The notes under the pieces are model-generated. The model did not search any database. It was not told the DNA's origin and was given only the letters and a program-made list of their open reading frames with translations. Positions 39,754 through 49,979 of a stretch of DNA of 64,000 bases are shown piece by piece (within the stretch, counting starts at the first letter, position 1; each line of letters begins with the position of its first letter). The stretch lies in NCBI GenBank assembly GCA_965206645.1, contig CBDBKE010000002.1, positions 768,001 through 832,000 on the forward strand, given 5' to 3'. Source of the stretch: Terriglobia bacterium (GTDB lineage Bacteria; Acidobacteriota; Terriglobia; JAJPHL01; JAPKYU01). The translations under genes were made by a program, and so were the position numbers.

Positions 39754-41094
39754 TCATTTCATCAACCCCGATGGTGCCGGAGGCAGCAGCCCAAGGATTC
39801 CCTCAATACGTGCAGCCATACGAAGTAGGACTTCATCCTGCTGCCAACAGCCAACAACTTGAAGGCCGAGCGGCAGGCCGTTTCCGCTCAATCCGGAAGG
39901 CAGACTGATTGCCGGGAGCCCACAGTGGGTCCAAGGGAGGTTCATGATGGGGTCGCCGGTGCTCTCGAGACCCTCGGGGGCGGGGCCCACTGCCGAGGGA
40001 GCCACTAGCGCCGTCAAGCCATGCTGCTCCATCAGGCGCAGGATTTCTGAGCGTAATTTCTCACGGCCTGCAAGTCCGGCCCTGAAATCCTCCGGCAAGA
40101 CCTTTTGCCCTTTCTCGATTAGCGCGCCGGTTTTGAGATGATACAGATGGCGGTAGCGTGGGAACCATTCCCGGTGCACCTCGGCCATCTCGGCGGCCAT
40201 AAGTTTGACGTGCCGGGCGGCAATGTCGTCAAGATCCTGCATAGCATGGAAATCTTTGATCTCCACTCCGGACTTTGCAAGCCGCCGGCAGGTCTCGTGA
40301 AAGTGTTTCAGGCCCTCCTGGCTCGTTCGTTCCAGATACGGACCCTGGGGCACTCCCAGGACCGGCGTGCTGGTTGAAGAACCCGGCGACCATCCATCCA
40401 CAAGGCCATCCACAAGGATGGATGCCGCCACCTCCGCGCTTTCCACATCCGAGGTGAAGAAACCGACAGTGTCGAACGACGAGGACACGGGAAGGACCCC
40501 ATCGGTCGAAATCCGCCCGTAGCTCGGCTTGAAACCTACCACACCGCAGAAGGCAGCAGGCCGAATGACAGAGCCGATGGTTTGCGAACCCAAGGCCAGC
40601 GGGCACATTCCGGCCGCGACCGCCGCTGCCGAGCCGCTCGATGAGCCACCCGGCGTGTGGTTCACCTGATATGGGTTTCGCGTCAGCCCGGCGGCAAAGT
40701 AGGCGAATTCAGTGGTGACGGTCTTTCCCAAAATCAGCGCGCCAGCGTTTTTGAGAGCCGTCACACAGGCGGCTTCCGGCCCGGCAAACAACTCCGGCGG
40801 GAGCTTGCTCCCCGCCCGGGTAGGCATCCCTGCCACGCCGAAAATGTCCTTCACCCCGATCGCAATGCCGTAGAGCGGCGGGCGCGACGCGAGGTCGTGA
40901 AAACGCACCTCCAATTCCCGTGCCTCCCTACCTAGACGGTCGAAACGGTCGGACGGCTCTTCAAGAAATGCGAAGACCCTGGGATTTTGTTTCTCAAAGA
41001 TCTCCCGCAGTTGCTTCCGGTAGTCCGCATGAGAGAGCGCCCCGGATCGTAGTGCCTCCGCCAGGGAGGGTATTTTTTCTTTACGCTGATCCAT
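39754..41094 (-). CDS. Amidase signature family protein
   Basis: GVKDIF, GKTVTTEFA, TPGGSSSGSAAAV, GSQTIGSVIRPA. Start approximate. Confidence 0.92.
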   Translation of the reverse strand: MDQRKEKIPSLAEALRSGALSHADYRKQLREIFEKQNPRVFAFLEEPSDRFDRLGREARELEVRFHDLASRPPLYGIAIGVKDIFGVAGMPTRAGSKLPPELFAGPEAACVTALKNAGALILGKTVTTEFAYFAAGLTRNPYQVNHTPGGSSSGSAAAVAAGMCPLALGSQTIGSVIRPAAFCGVVGFKPSYGRISTDGVLPVSSSFDTVGFFTSDVESAEVAASILVDGLVDGWSPGSSTSTPVLGVPQGPYLERTSQEGLKHFHETCRRLAKSGVEIKDFHAMQDLDDIAARHVKLMAAEMAEVHREWFPRYRHLYHLKTGALIEKGQKVLPEDFRAGLAGREKLRSEILRLMEQHGLTALVAPSAVGPAPEGLESTGDPIMNLPWTHCGLPAISLPSGLSGNGLPLGLQVVGCWQQDEVLLRMAARIEGILGLLPPAPSGLMK

Positions 41095-41219
41095 GAGTTT
41101 TGTCGACTTTGGTGGCAACATTCTACAGTAACAATCTGACCCCTGCGAATTTCGGGTTCCCTTGTTCCGGCGGGGTCGCGCGTTCTCGCGCGAGCACCCA
41201 AGAAATTCGATGAAGGGTT

Positions 41220-42070
41220 CGAGCTCAGGGGTATCGTCTGGAACGGCTTCCTGCCTTCGATCCATCAAGGCTCATTCATCTATCCCGAGCAAGAAGAGCC
41301 GCTCAACAACGTTCGGCCTCGCGAGTCCGACAGTTTGCAGCGCAAGCGCATCTCTTTGGTCAATGATCTGCACCGGAGATTCCTTGCCAAAATTGACGGA
41401 CACTCGCAAGTCGAAGCTGCGATCAAGAATTACGAGGTCGCCTATCGAATGCAGAGGGCGGTTCCGGAACTCGTGGACTCCAGAGGGGAAACCGAAGCCA
41501 CAAAAAAGCTCTACGGGCTCGACTCCGAGGTTGACTCCACGGCCGCCTACGCGCCAGTGCTTGGTCGCCCGGCGGCTCGTCGAGCGCGGCGTGCGCTTCG
41601 TGGAGCTGACCATGGTCGGCACCAAGGACATGATAAGCATGAGCAATCCTTGGGACCAGCACAGCAAACTCAAGGAAGGACACGCCGCTAATGCCCTCAC
41701 CGTCGACCAACCCATCGCTGCGCTGGTCAAGGACCTCAAGGCCCGAGGACTGCTCGACGACACCCTCGTCATCTTCTCCGGCGAGTTCGGACGCACCCCT
41801 TTCGTCCAAGGCGCCAACGGACGCGATCACAACCCCTATGGCTTCAGTTTGTGGCTAGCCGGCGGCGGGCTCAAGAAAGGCTTGATCTACGGCGAGACCG
41901 ATGAGTACGGTTACCACGTCGTTGCGAACAAGCAAACCATCCACAATCTCCACGCGACGATCCTCCACCTGCTCGGCCTCGACCATGAAAACCTCACCTT
42001 CCGCTTCGGCGGCTGCGACTTCCGCCTTACCGATGTCGAGGGTCATCTGATCAAAGAAATCCTCGCTTAA
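41220..42070 (+). pseudogene. DUF1501 family protein, 5'-truncated and frameshifted
   Basis: One frame reads [10 protein letters not shown]...NYEVAYRMQ...LYGLD. Near 41550 it switches to [18 protein letters not shown]...GEFGRTP...GRDHNP. No N-terminal half. Confidence 0.8.
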
Positions 42071-42134
42071 GTGACAGGTTTTTGCTTAGTAAGGACACCC
42101 AAGGGATCCCTTCGGTTCGAAAAGCCCTATCGCG

Positions 42135-43565
42135 CTACACTGTCGCCGCTTCGAGGATCTGAAACGATCTAGGGCGGAAGAGAAACTGGACGATGTTGCC
42201 CTCGTGAGGCTGGAACCAGTCCAGTTTGGTGGAGGGGATGGGGCCGAGATTCAGCCGATCAATCTGGGGCGCATCGATCAGCTTGCGCTGCCAGTCCTTC
42301 TCTTGAGTGATGGCACTGCAGACCAGTGTGGAGCCGATCCGGCCGAGCATCTGTTCCTGTGGGCAACGGACGACGCTCGCGAAGGGAAACATGAACTCCG
42401 TATTGGCCAGTTCCTGATCGGGGGAGTCACAATGAATAACCATGGGCCGCAGATAACCGCAGCGCTCCCGTTCCACGAGCCGCGGACCGAATCCGGCGGT
42501 GATGTCTTCGACGCCCGGTTCCTGGAGCTGTCCCCTGATGGTGTTCCAAATCGCGCTCGCCGTCCCGGGCACGGTAAAGGCGGCGAGGCTGGACTCAGGG
42601 TCTTCGGGCGGCTTGGGCTCTACCGGCCCCAGCCGCTCGGCCAGCGCTGCGGCGATTTCGCGGGTGTGGCGGGAAGCCCAAATGCTGGAGCAGTTGATGC
42701 AGCCTCGACCGCTGTTGAGGAACACACTGTCCACCATGAGATCGAAGTAGTCCTCCCAGTGGTCCACCACGTCGTCGCCAAGCAGGATCTTGCTGAAGCC
42801 GGGACCATGGACCTGGATGCGCGGGTCGCCTTTGTATCGCTCAACGGTCGCGGTTCCCCCGAAGATCAGGCAGCGGGTCGTCCGCTGGACCACTTCGGCC
42901 CCGATGTCTCCGCCGCCGGGATAAATCGAGATCGCCTCTCTGGGCACGCCCGCCTGGAAGAAGGCCGCGGCCGTGCGGTAGGGGGTCCAGGGCTCTTGCG
43001 GACCGGGCTTTAAGACCAGCCCGACCTGCATGGGGATCACCGGCAGCCACAGCGTATGCACGCCGGGCGAATTGGAGGGCAGCACCAACCCCACGGCTGG
43101 CGCCTGTACCTGGTAACTGACGGTGACCCCGCCGGACTCCCATCCGTAGCCTCGGGTCAGGATGCTCGAATCCAGTCGCCGCGTGAGCGCGTCCAGGATC
43201 TTGTCGATGTTCGACAACACGAAGTGGTTCTTCTCCATGTTGGCCTTGCACATTCGCTCGGGCAGACCAGTGCTGGCCGACTGCTGCCGGGCGAAGTCCT
43301 CCGGCGTCTGCTCACCGTCGCCCACGGGAAGAACACCGTTGAGGAAAAAATCCGCTGCCTTCCTCATCATGCCGATCAGCTCCGGGATGGGGATCTCGAT
43401 GAGGGCTTCGCGGGCGCGCCACGCCTGTTTCATGTCACGGCCCACAAGGCCGGTATTGGACTGGCTGACCCGGGCCAGAGTCTCGCCCGTCAGGAAGTGA
43501 ACTACGGTGTCCTGATCGAGGCTTGTATACGGCTGACCCCAGCGCAGGATCGGCAAGTTCAGCAT
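42135..43565 (-). CDS. Aldehyde dehydrogenase/acyl reductase superfamily protein (GriD-like)
   Basis: LPSNSPGVHTLW, LKPG, HGPGFSK, catalytic-Cys region NSGRGCINCS, EFMFPFASVV. Confidence 0.75.
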   Translation of the reverse strand: MLNLPILRWGQPYTSLDQDTVVHFLTGETLARVSQSNTGLVGRDMKQAWRAREALIEIPIPELIGMMRKAADFFLNGVLPVGDGEQTPEDFARQQSASTGLPERMCKANMEKNHFVLSNIDKILDALTRRLDSSILTRGYGWESGGVTVSYQVQAPAVGLVLPSNSPGVHTLWLPVIPMQVGLVLKPGPQEPWTPYRTAAAFFQAGVPREAISIYPGGGDIGAEVVQRTTRCLIFGGTATVERYKGDPRIQVHGPGFSKILLGDDVVDHWEDYFDLMVDSVFLNSGRGCINCSSIWASRHTREIAAALAERLGPVEPKPPEDPESSLAAFTVPGTASAIWNTIRGQLQEPGVEDITAGFGPRLVERERCGYLRPMVIHCDSPDQELANTEFMFPFASVVRCPQEQMLGRIGSTLVCSAITQEKDWQRKLIDAPQIDRLNLGPIPSTKLDWFQPHEGNIVQFLFRPRSFQILEAATV

Positions 43566-43589
43566 GGCTGTTCGGCTCCCAGCAAACGC

Positions 43590-44690
43590 TCAGTAAACTC
43601 CCACGGTTGTCGTGGCGGCGAGCTGGCGGAATGGCCGGACCCCGCTGACGCCGTCCCACGGATAGGGTTCACAGGGGGGCTCACGCTCGCCTTCGTCCCT
43701 TTCCAGAAACCCGGGAATGAAGGTCTCTCGGGTTAGAGTGGTCAACCGCACCTGTCCGGTTTCTCCGTAGCCAACGACCCGATTGTCGTCGTCGAAGGAG
43801 ACGACTTCGATCGCGGCCCGCGGCTGCGGCGCGTAGTAGGTGATCTTGTAGCCGTCCTCGGCGGTCACGGGTTTCGAACAGGCTAGGCCCATGAGGGTGT
43901 TGCCGTAGGTTGGCGTCATATACACTTCCTCGCCCAGCAGCTCCTCCACGGCGAAGCGGGTGAACTGCGGCGTAAACTCCGTTCCTCCTGCGAAGATCCC
44001 GGTGATGCCGATCTCTCGGATGCTCGTGTCCCGCTTTTCCAGCTCCTCCGCCAGGGCCTCCAACAACTTTGGAGTGGTGAACAGACACCGGATCTCATGT
44101 CCCGCGTTCAGCAAGGTGACTGCCTGCTCGACGACATGGGCCCTGTATCTTGCTAACTCCTCCGCGCGCCCCTGCTTGATGAGCTTGATCACCCAGCGAG
44201 GGTCGAGATCCACAAAGAAGCAAATGCCGCCTCGATGCTGGCAAAGATGCTCGACCGCGAGCCGGATCCGGCGCGGACCGGAGGGGCCTAGCATCAGCCA
44301 GTTCGCCTCTCGCGGAAAGTAGTGCTCCGGCAGGCTTTCGCTGAACATCTCGTAGTCGATGCGGAAATCCTCAATGGCAACGCGGCTCTTCGGTACCCCG
44401 GTCGTGCCGCCGGTTTCGAAAACGTAGACCGGCCGACCGGCGAGGCCTTTGGGCACCCAACGGCGAAGCGGCCCTCCTCGGAGCCACTCGTCCTGGAAAG
44501 GCGGGAATTTTCTCAGGTCCTGAAAGCAGCGGATCTGCTGCCTGGGATCCCAGCTCAGCTTAGCGGCGAACTCCAGCCAGAACGGGCATCCGGTTTCGGG
44601 ATTGAAATGCCAGTCGATGATCTCTAGCACTTGCGCGTCCAGCTTCGCCTTCGCTTGTTGGATTCTGGCGCCCAGTTCCATTCCAGGCAT
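43590..44690 (-). CDS. Short adenylate-forming (ANL) protein, EhpF/GriC-like
   Basis: WHFNPETGCPFW, P-loop ETGGTTGVPK, YGNTLMG, ERD. Lacks the C-terminal ANL subdomain. Confidence 0.7.
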   Translation of the reverse strand: MPGMELGARIQQAKAKLDAQVLEIIDWHFNPETGCPFWLEFAAKLSWDPRQQIRCFQDLRKFPPFQDEWLRGGPLRRWVPKGLAGRPVYVFETGGTTGVPKSRVAIEDFRIDYEMFSESLPEHYFPREANWLMLGPSGPRRIRLAVEHLCQHRGGICFFVDLDPRWVIKLIKQGRAEELARYRAHVVEQAVTLLNAGHEIRCLFTTPKLLEALAEELEKRDTSIREIGITGIFAGGTEFTPQFTRFAVEELLGEEVYMTPTYGNTLMGLACSKPVTAEDGYKITYYAPQPRAAIEVVSFDDDNRVVGYGETGQVRLTTLTRETFIPGFLERDEGEREPPCEPYPWDGVSGVRPFRQLAATTTVGVY

Positions 44691-44769
44691 CGCTCAGTAT
44701 GGCGTGGGTCCCGTCAAACGTTTTCTGCGGTCGTTCGTAGGTGGGGTTCGCCGCAGGCCACGCAGTGCA

Positions 44770-44900
44770 GCGGCACATCCGCCTCCTGGGCCATCAGGTA
44801 AACCGGCAACAGCAGCACCTGTTGGCAGCGGACGATGGAGAGGATGGCCTACGACCACCAGAAGCTCAATGAGGGTGAAGGCCGCCTGGTGCCGGTCGGA
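44770..44900 (-). pseudogene. Degraded prepilin-type N-terminal cleavage/methylation (DUF1559-like) gene fragment
   Basis: AAFTLIELLVVV followed, after indels, by AILSI and LLLPVYLMAQEA...C. Confidence 0.45.
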
Positions 44901-45271
44901 ATTCGCCTTCGTCCGAATGGGTCCTCTCCTAAGGGCGGATGTTTTCTTCAACTTCCTTGGCGCGCGGGCGGGATAACCACCACCCGGAAGACCTTTGACC
45001 GGCGCCCCGCCAGCAATCCTCATTCCCATCCTAGAAACCGGAATTGTTGCACTGCTAGCGGCAACATAGCACAACGAGGGCCGAGCCACTAGTCGGCCAG
45101 TGCGACCGTATGCTTTCAGGAAGTAGCTGTGAAAAATGCCGGTGTCAGGATCCGCCTAACCCCCCCACTTCGTTTTGGCGCAAGGGGGAGCGTCCGACGC
45201 GGAACAGTGCACGCACCGCTACTTTGATTTCCCTATGAGCCGCGCGCTGGGTTCTGCTTTCGCCAAGTAGT

Positions 45272-46109
45272 TTACAGCGCCGCACGAAGTGCCGGCGACT
45301 CGCGCAGGTCAAAGTGGGGATTGATCTCGACTGCGCGCTGCAGGTATTCCTTACCGCTCTCAGGGTCCCCGGCTTTCTGGGAAATCTTACCTGCGTGGTA
45401 GTAGAGGCGGGCGTCCTGGGTGCCTAGCCGCAGTGCCTGGCCGATGGCTGCCCTGGCTTCTTTGATGAGCCCGGCCTTGTAGGCAGCCCAGGCCAGGGTG
45501 TCGAAGGCGGCGATGTCGCGGGCGGTGCGCAGGTCCTGGCGCATCCAGTCAAGCGCCAGGGCCAGGTTGCGGTCGTGGTCTGCGTAGAAAGTAGCCAACT
45601 CATGCCGTGCCATGTCACCCTGGTCCAGCAATAACCGCTCAGCGCGGCGGTACTCGCGCTCGGCCGCGCGCGCCCCACCAGGGCTAGTTGAGAATCGGGG
45701 TAAGCGCCGAGCGCCTGGTCGTAGGCGTATTGTGCCGCTTCCAGGTTGCCGCCGCGGAAGTATAGGTCTCCGAGTTGGGTCAGGCACCAAGACAGGTTCT
45801 CCGGGTCGCGCGGGCTGGCCGCACGAACAGCCAGCTTCATGATCTCGGTGGCGCCGGGCCGGTCTCCCAGCAGCTCACGCAGGTGGGCTGCGCGGCTGTA
45901 GGAGGCGACATCGGGACGCAATTCGACCATGCGCTGGAAGGCCTCGGCGGCGGCATCGTAGTCACCCAGTTCGAGGTGAGCGTCTCCCAACGTACCGTAG
46001 TTCCAGGCGTCGTTCGGCTGCATCGCCTGGGCTTTGCTGGCCCAGGTCAGCGACTCCGGGAAGCGGTGCTGCCCGGCCAAAACCCAGGCCATCATTTTGG
46101 TGGCTGCAT
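45272..46109 (-). pseudogene. TPR protein, 5' end removed by IS5, frameshift/deletion near 45670
   Basis: TPR motifs split across two frames (LGDAHLELGDYDAA; DTLAWAAYKAG, LYYHAG). The frame runs into the IS5 left end at 46110. Confidence 0.75.
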
Positions 46110-47171
46110 GGCGTTGTTGCAGAAATCTGCCTCCATCCCCAACGCTCTCCCCCCTGATAGGCTAGGGGATGGGCAAAAGCGACTACACCTTCCGATATAA
46201 GGTTCGCAACTGGCCGGAGTACAACCGGGCTCTGGTGAAACGTGGGCAGCTGACACTGTGGTTCGACACGGAGGCAGTCGCTGCCTGGCGTCATCCAGGA
46301 CCCTTCGAAGGGCGAGGCCGGCCCAAGGTCTACGCAGATGCGGCGATCCAATGTGCGCTGGTCCTGAATTCGGTGTTTCACCTCAACCTACGGACCACTC
46401 AAGGGTTCCTTCAATCCATCGTGGCGCTCATGGCTCTCGACCTCCCAGTGCCCAACTACAGCACGGTGAGCCGAAGGCAAAGCGCCGTCGACGTCCGACT
46501 GAGTGTAGGGCCCACGGATCGACCACGACATGTCGTCATCGATTCGACGGGCCTGAAGATCTACGGAGCCGGTGAGTGGCACATCAGAAAACACCGAACC
46601 CTCCGCCGTAGGACATGGCGAAAGCTCCACCTAGGCGTCGATGAGACGACGAAAGAGATCGTTGCGATGGACCTGACTGCGAGCAACGTCCACGACGCCC
46701 GAAGGCTCTCTTCGTTGCTGTCTAAGACTCCTGGTTCGATCGGGCAAGTCTCCGCAGACCGGGCCTACGACACGGGTTCCTGCTACGAGGCCGTGCTCCA
46801 GCACGACGCTATCGTGACGATCTTGCCGCGACGCAATGCACGATGCAGCCGAGACTCTCATCCGCCTCCGTGGCGTGCGATGCGTGATACCCATCTCCGG
46901 CGTATTAGGACGCAGGGCCGTTATGAGTGGCGGAAGTCGAGTGGCTGCACTCGCCAGAGCGTGGCGGAGAATGCGGTCTCACGGTACAAGGCGATACTCG
47001 GGGTAAGCCTCTCGGCCCGCACGGTCAAGAACCAAAAAGTCGAAGCCGCGATCAAGTGCGCTGTGCTGAACCGGATGGCGGAGCTTGGAATGCCACGATC
47101 GGAGCGCGTGTGCTGAGGCGGATGAGCTTCTCGGCCCGGTTCGCCGCGATCGCGAATTACGCAACAACGCC
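46110..47171 (+). mobile_element. IS5 family (IS903-like) insertion sequence
   Basis: Inverted repeats GGCGTTGTTGCAGAA (46110) and TTACGCAACAACGCC (ends 47171). No target duplication visible. Confidence 0.9.
46169..47116 (+). CDS. IS5 family transposase
   Basis: NWPEYNRALVKRG, IDSTGLK, RRTWRKLHLGVD, ADRAYD. Confidence 0.95.
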   Translation: MGKSDYTFRYKVRNWPEYNRALVKRGQLTLWFDTEAVAAWRHPGPFEGRGRPKVYADAAIQCALVLNSVFHLNLRTTQGFLQSIVALMALDLPVPNYSTVSRRQSAVDVRLSVGPTDRPRHVVIDSTGLKIYGAGEWHIRKHRTLRRRTWRKLHLGVDETTKEIVAMDLTASNVHDARRLSSLLSKTPGSIGQVSADRAYDTGSCYEAVLQHDAIVTILPRRNARCSRDSHPPPWRAMRDTHLRRIRTQGRYEWRKSSGCTRQSVAENAVSRYKAILGVSLSARTVKNQKVEAAIKCAVLNRMAELGMPRSERVC

Positions 47172-47658
47172 CTTGGTCGTCATGGATCAATACACTCGCC
47201 GGATCATTGGGTTCGGCGTCCACGCCGGAACCGTCAATGGAGTCGCACTTTGCCGGATGTTCAACCGCGCCATTCGATGGCAACCCTGGATGCCAAAGCA
47301 CCTCAGCTCCGACCATGATCCACTTTATCGGTTTGGGCAGTGGCAAGCCAATCTGCGGATCCTGGAGGTGACCGAAATCAAGATCGTTCCCTATGTTCCC
47401 CTGTCCCATCCCTTTGTGGAACGGCTGATCGGCACGATTCGACGCGAGTATTTGGATCGCATGTTGTTCTGGACCACGGCGGACCTGGAGAACAAGCTGC
47501 TCGATTTCCAAGACTACTACAACCACCATCGGACGCATTCAGCACGTGCAGGATGTACGCCGCAGGAGACGTCCGGCCCGAAGGTCCCTCTGATCTTCGG
47601 CTTCTACCGATGGCGACGACATTGTGGAGATTTATATCAAACGCCCATTGCCGCCTGA
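47172..47658 (+). pseudogene. Integrase-core (rve) transposase C-terminal fragment, cut by IS5
   Basis: VMDQYTRRIIGF, SSDHDP, VERLIGTIRREYLD, YYNHHRTHS. Begins at the IS5 right end. Confidence 0.8.
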
Positions 47659-47698
47659 CTCCGGATCACCAAACTTTGAAAACTCGAACGAACTGTCG

Positions 47699-48325
47699 AT
47701 GAACGAAAAGATTGCCTGGTCTGGGGCTGTCACTTCGGTCCAACCTCGAATTCGCCTGACCCGTTCTTTCGATGAACGGAGCCACACTTATCTGGGTTAC
47801 CTGTTGCGGATCGAGGGAACAGTCGGCGGAGTTTCTGCTGAATCTCGAGTCGGTATTGGCTCCAGAACCCACGCCAAACACCAATTCCGAATGGGTGACC
47901 GCGTCGAGGGGCTGGGGCATCGGGTTGCGGATCCGCGACTCGAAACCGCCGACATCTATAGAGTCAGCAAACTGAAACTGATCCGGCGTGGAGAAGAGCA
48001 GGCCTTAGCGGCACCATGGCATGGAGTGCCTCCTCCGTTGCCCGCCTATCGCGAGCGCGGGCATCGGCGCCTGGCGGTAACGACCTACGATTCCAAATGT
48101 AATAGCTGTATCTGGGGCTGTGCCATGGCTGTGGAAATGATCATCGACCAATGGAATCCCGACCGACGGCGCTACAGGACGGAAACCTTCTGTTACGGAC
48201 CTCTGTCCTGTTCCAGCTACAAGCCCGGTCCCACCCGAAAGGTTCCCGGTCGCCACGGCATGACCTATGAAGAGGAAGACTGGGTCGACCAGGACGCCAC
48301 CGCGCATCGCGGTCCGAATGAATAG
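47699..48325 (+). CDS. Hypothetical protein with Cys cluster
   Basis: 208-aa ORF; CNSCIWGCAM...CYGPLSC. Confidence 0.7.
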   Translation: MNEKIAWSGAVTSVQPRIRLTRSFDERSHTYLGYLLRIEGTVGGVSAESRVGIGSRTHAKHQFRMGDRVEGLGHRVADPRLETADIYRVSKLKLIRRGEEQALAAPWHGVPPPLPAYRERGHRRLAVTTYDSKCNSCIWGCAMAVEMIIDQWNPDRRRYRTETFCYGPLSCSSYKPGPTRKVPGRHGMTYEEEDWVDQDATAHRGPNE

Positions 48326-48507
48326 CAGCGATCCGCGCTGATCAAGGACGCGCTTCCGTTTCTCCAGAAGGCCCTCTTTGAGGGCGTTATTAGTAATTCG
48401 CCAGCGAGCGGCTCGTTTGTGTGTCTTGCCGCGCTTCCGGTGTATCCTCGATGATGCGTTGACGCCACATGACGCCATGGCCGCCCAGGCGCGCTGAGGA
48501 GGTTGCG

Positions 48508-49341
48508 ATGACAGAACCTGTGAGGGCAGCGGTTCCTTCATTCATTTATGGAACCGCATGGAAGAAGGACGGCACGGCCGCGCTGGTCAGGACGGCCGCG
48601 AGCGCCGGCTTCCGGGCCATCGATACCGCGAACCAGCCCCGGCATTATCAGGAGCCGCTCGTGGGTGAGGCGCTGGAGGCGTTGGCGGCTGACGGGATTC
48701 CCCGGGACTCCCTGTTCGTGCAGACCAAGTTCACCCCGGTCGATGGCCACGATCACCGGGTACCCTATGATCCGCAGGTCGATCTCAAGACCCAGGTGCG
48801 CCAGTCCTTCGAGTCGTCTCTGAAGAATCTGAGAACCGGCCACGTGGATTCCTATCTTCTGCATGGCCCCTATTCCTTTCCCGGTCTGGGACAAGCGGAC
48901 TGGGAAGTGTGGAGCGCCATCGAGGAGATTCACACCTCGGGCCGGGCGGGCATGATCGGCATCAGCAATGTCAATGCCGGGCAGCTTGAGGCCATGGTGG
49001 AGACAGCCCGCGTCAAGCCCATGGTCGTGCAAAACCGGTGCTTCGCCAACCGGGGTTGGGATCGGGAGGTCCGGGCGATCTGCCGCTCGCACGGAATCAT
49101 GTACCAGGGGTTCTCCCTCCTGACGGCGAATCCGTACGTTTTGCGCCATCCAGCGGTCGTGTCCATCGCCCGAAGGCTTGGCGTCGGTCCCGAGCAGGTC
49201 ATCTTCCGCTTCGCGATGTCGGTGGGGATGGTGCCGCTGACGGGAACCACCCGGGAGCCGCACATGCGAGAGGACCTTCAGGTTTACGGGATCGAGCTGA
49301 CCCGCGACGAGGTGGACCGCATCGAGTCGATCGCGGGTTGA
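48508..49341 (+). CDS. Aldo/keto reductase
   Basis: YGTAWK, GFRAIDTA, QTKF, DSYLLHGP, IGISN. GGAGG RBS. Confidence 0.9.
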   Translation: MTEPVRAAVPSFIYGTAWKKDGTAALVRTAASAGFRAIDTANQPRHYQEPLVGEALEALAADGIPRDSLFVQTKFTPVDGHDHRVPYDPQVDLKTQVRQSFESSLKNLRTGHVDSYLLHGPYSFPGLGQADWEVWSAIEEIHTSGRAGMIGISNVNAGQLEAMVETARVKPMVVQNRCFANRGWDREVRAICRSHGIMYQGFSLLTANPYVLRHPAVVSIARRLGVGPEQVIFRFAMSVGMVPLTGTTREPHMREDLQVYGIELTRDEVDRIESIAG

Positions 49342-49707
49342 CAGCCTGTCGTGAAGTTGCCTGAAGCTGTAGGGCGCTCGATGAGCGCCCCTGGGCCGTC
49401 GCAGACCCCCAAGGATGGTCTGACTTCCACCGCAGGCTGCTGACCGCTCGTGGCCGGCCGGACCGTCGGCGGCCCGGCTCCCCGGCTCCCCGGGCTCGAT
49501 CGAGCCCAGCGGGCCGTGGCAGAATGAATGGATCAGGAACTTCAGCGCTCGGAAGCCCCGTGGGCGCCCAGAGGGTTACGGCGGCATCGCGCCATCTGCG
49601 GTGTTGCCGCTCCTCACGGATGGAAGAGCATCGCCCTCGTCGCGGCGCCTAACATCCGGCGCGATGGCGCTCGTAACGCGACCCCGCAGACTTCCACCAC
49701 GGGCTGT
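49341..49707. mobile_element. MITE-like element (about 370 bp, non-coding, hairpin-rich)
   Basis: Imperfect terminal inverted repeats ACAGCCTGTCGTGAAGT (49341) and ACTTCCACCACGGGCTGT (ends 49707). Several internal palindromes. Confidence 0.55.
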
Positions 49708-49805
49708 TAGGCTCTCGCCAGTCCTCATGTCCCTTCCTCCGTCATGCGTTGCTCTCGAACTGAGGTCCCTTCCCTCCACCGGCATTACCCGGCTTCCTTG
49801 GTATT
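49708..49805 (-). ncRNA. Group II intron fragment (domain III to start of domain IV)
   Basis: Minus strand TACCAAGGAAGCCGGGTAATGCCGGTGGAGGGAAGGGACC matches the conserved bacterial group II domain III pattern. No RT ORF and no domain V. Confidence 0.7.
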
Positions 49806-49979
49806 GCGGAGACAGGCCTACTGCGGGGATGGCTGCCGGAAGAGAGCGCAACTGCAACAACATCGCAACGCCAACCGGAAACACCAGGACAGCCCGGAAG
49901 GACGGCTCGATCACCGGGACCGGCAGCGGGCCTACCGGAAACGGCTCCGCCGCCGCGTGACGGATGCAACTTCCCCCGG
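49806..49979 (+). pseudogene. Fragment of a small basic Cys-containing protein of the kind found upstream of IS21-like transposases
   Basis: QAYCGDGCRKRAQ..HRNANRKHQDSPEGRLDHRDRQRAYRKR. Cut at both ends. Family assignment from recall only. Confidence 0.45.
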
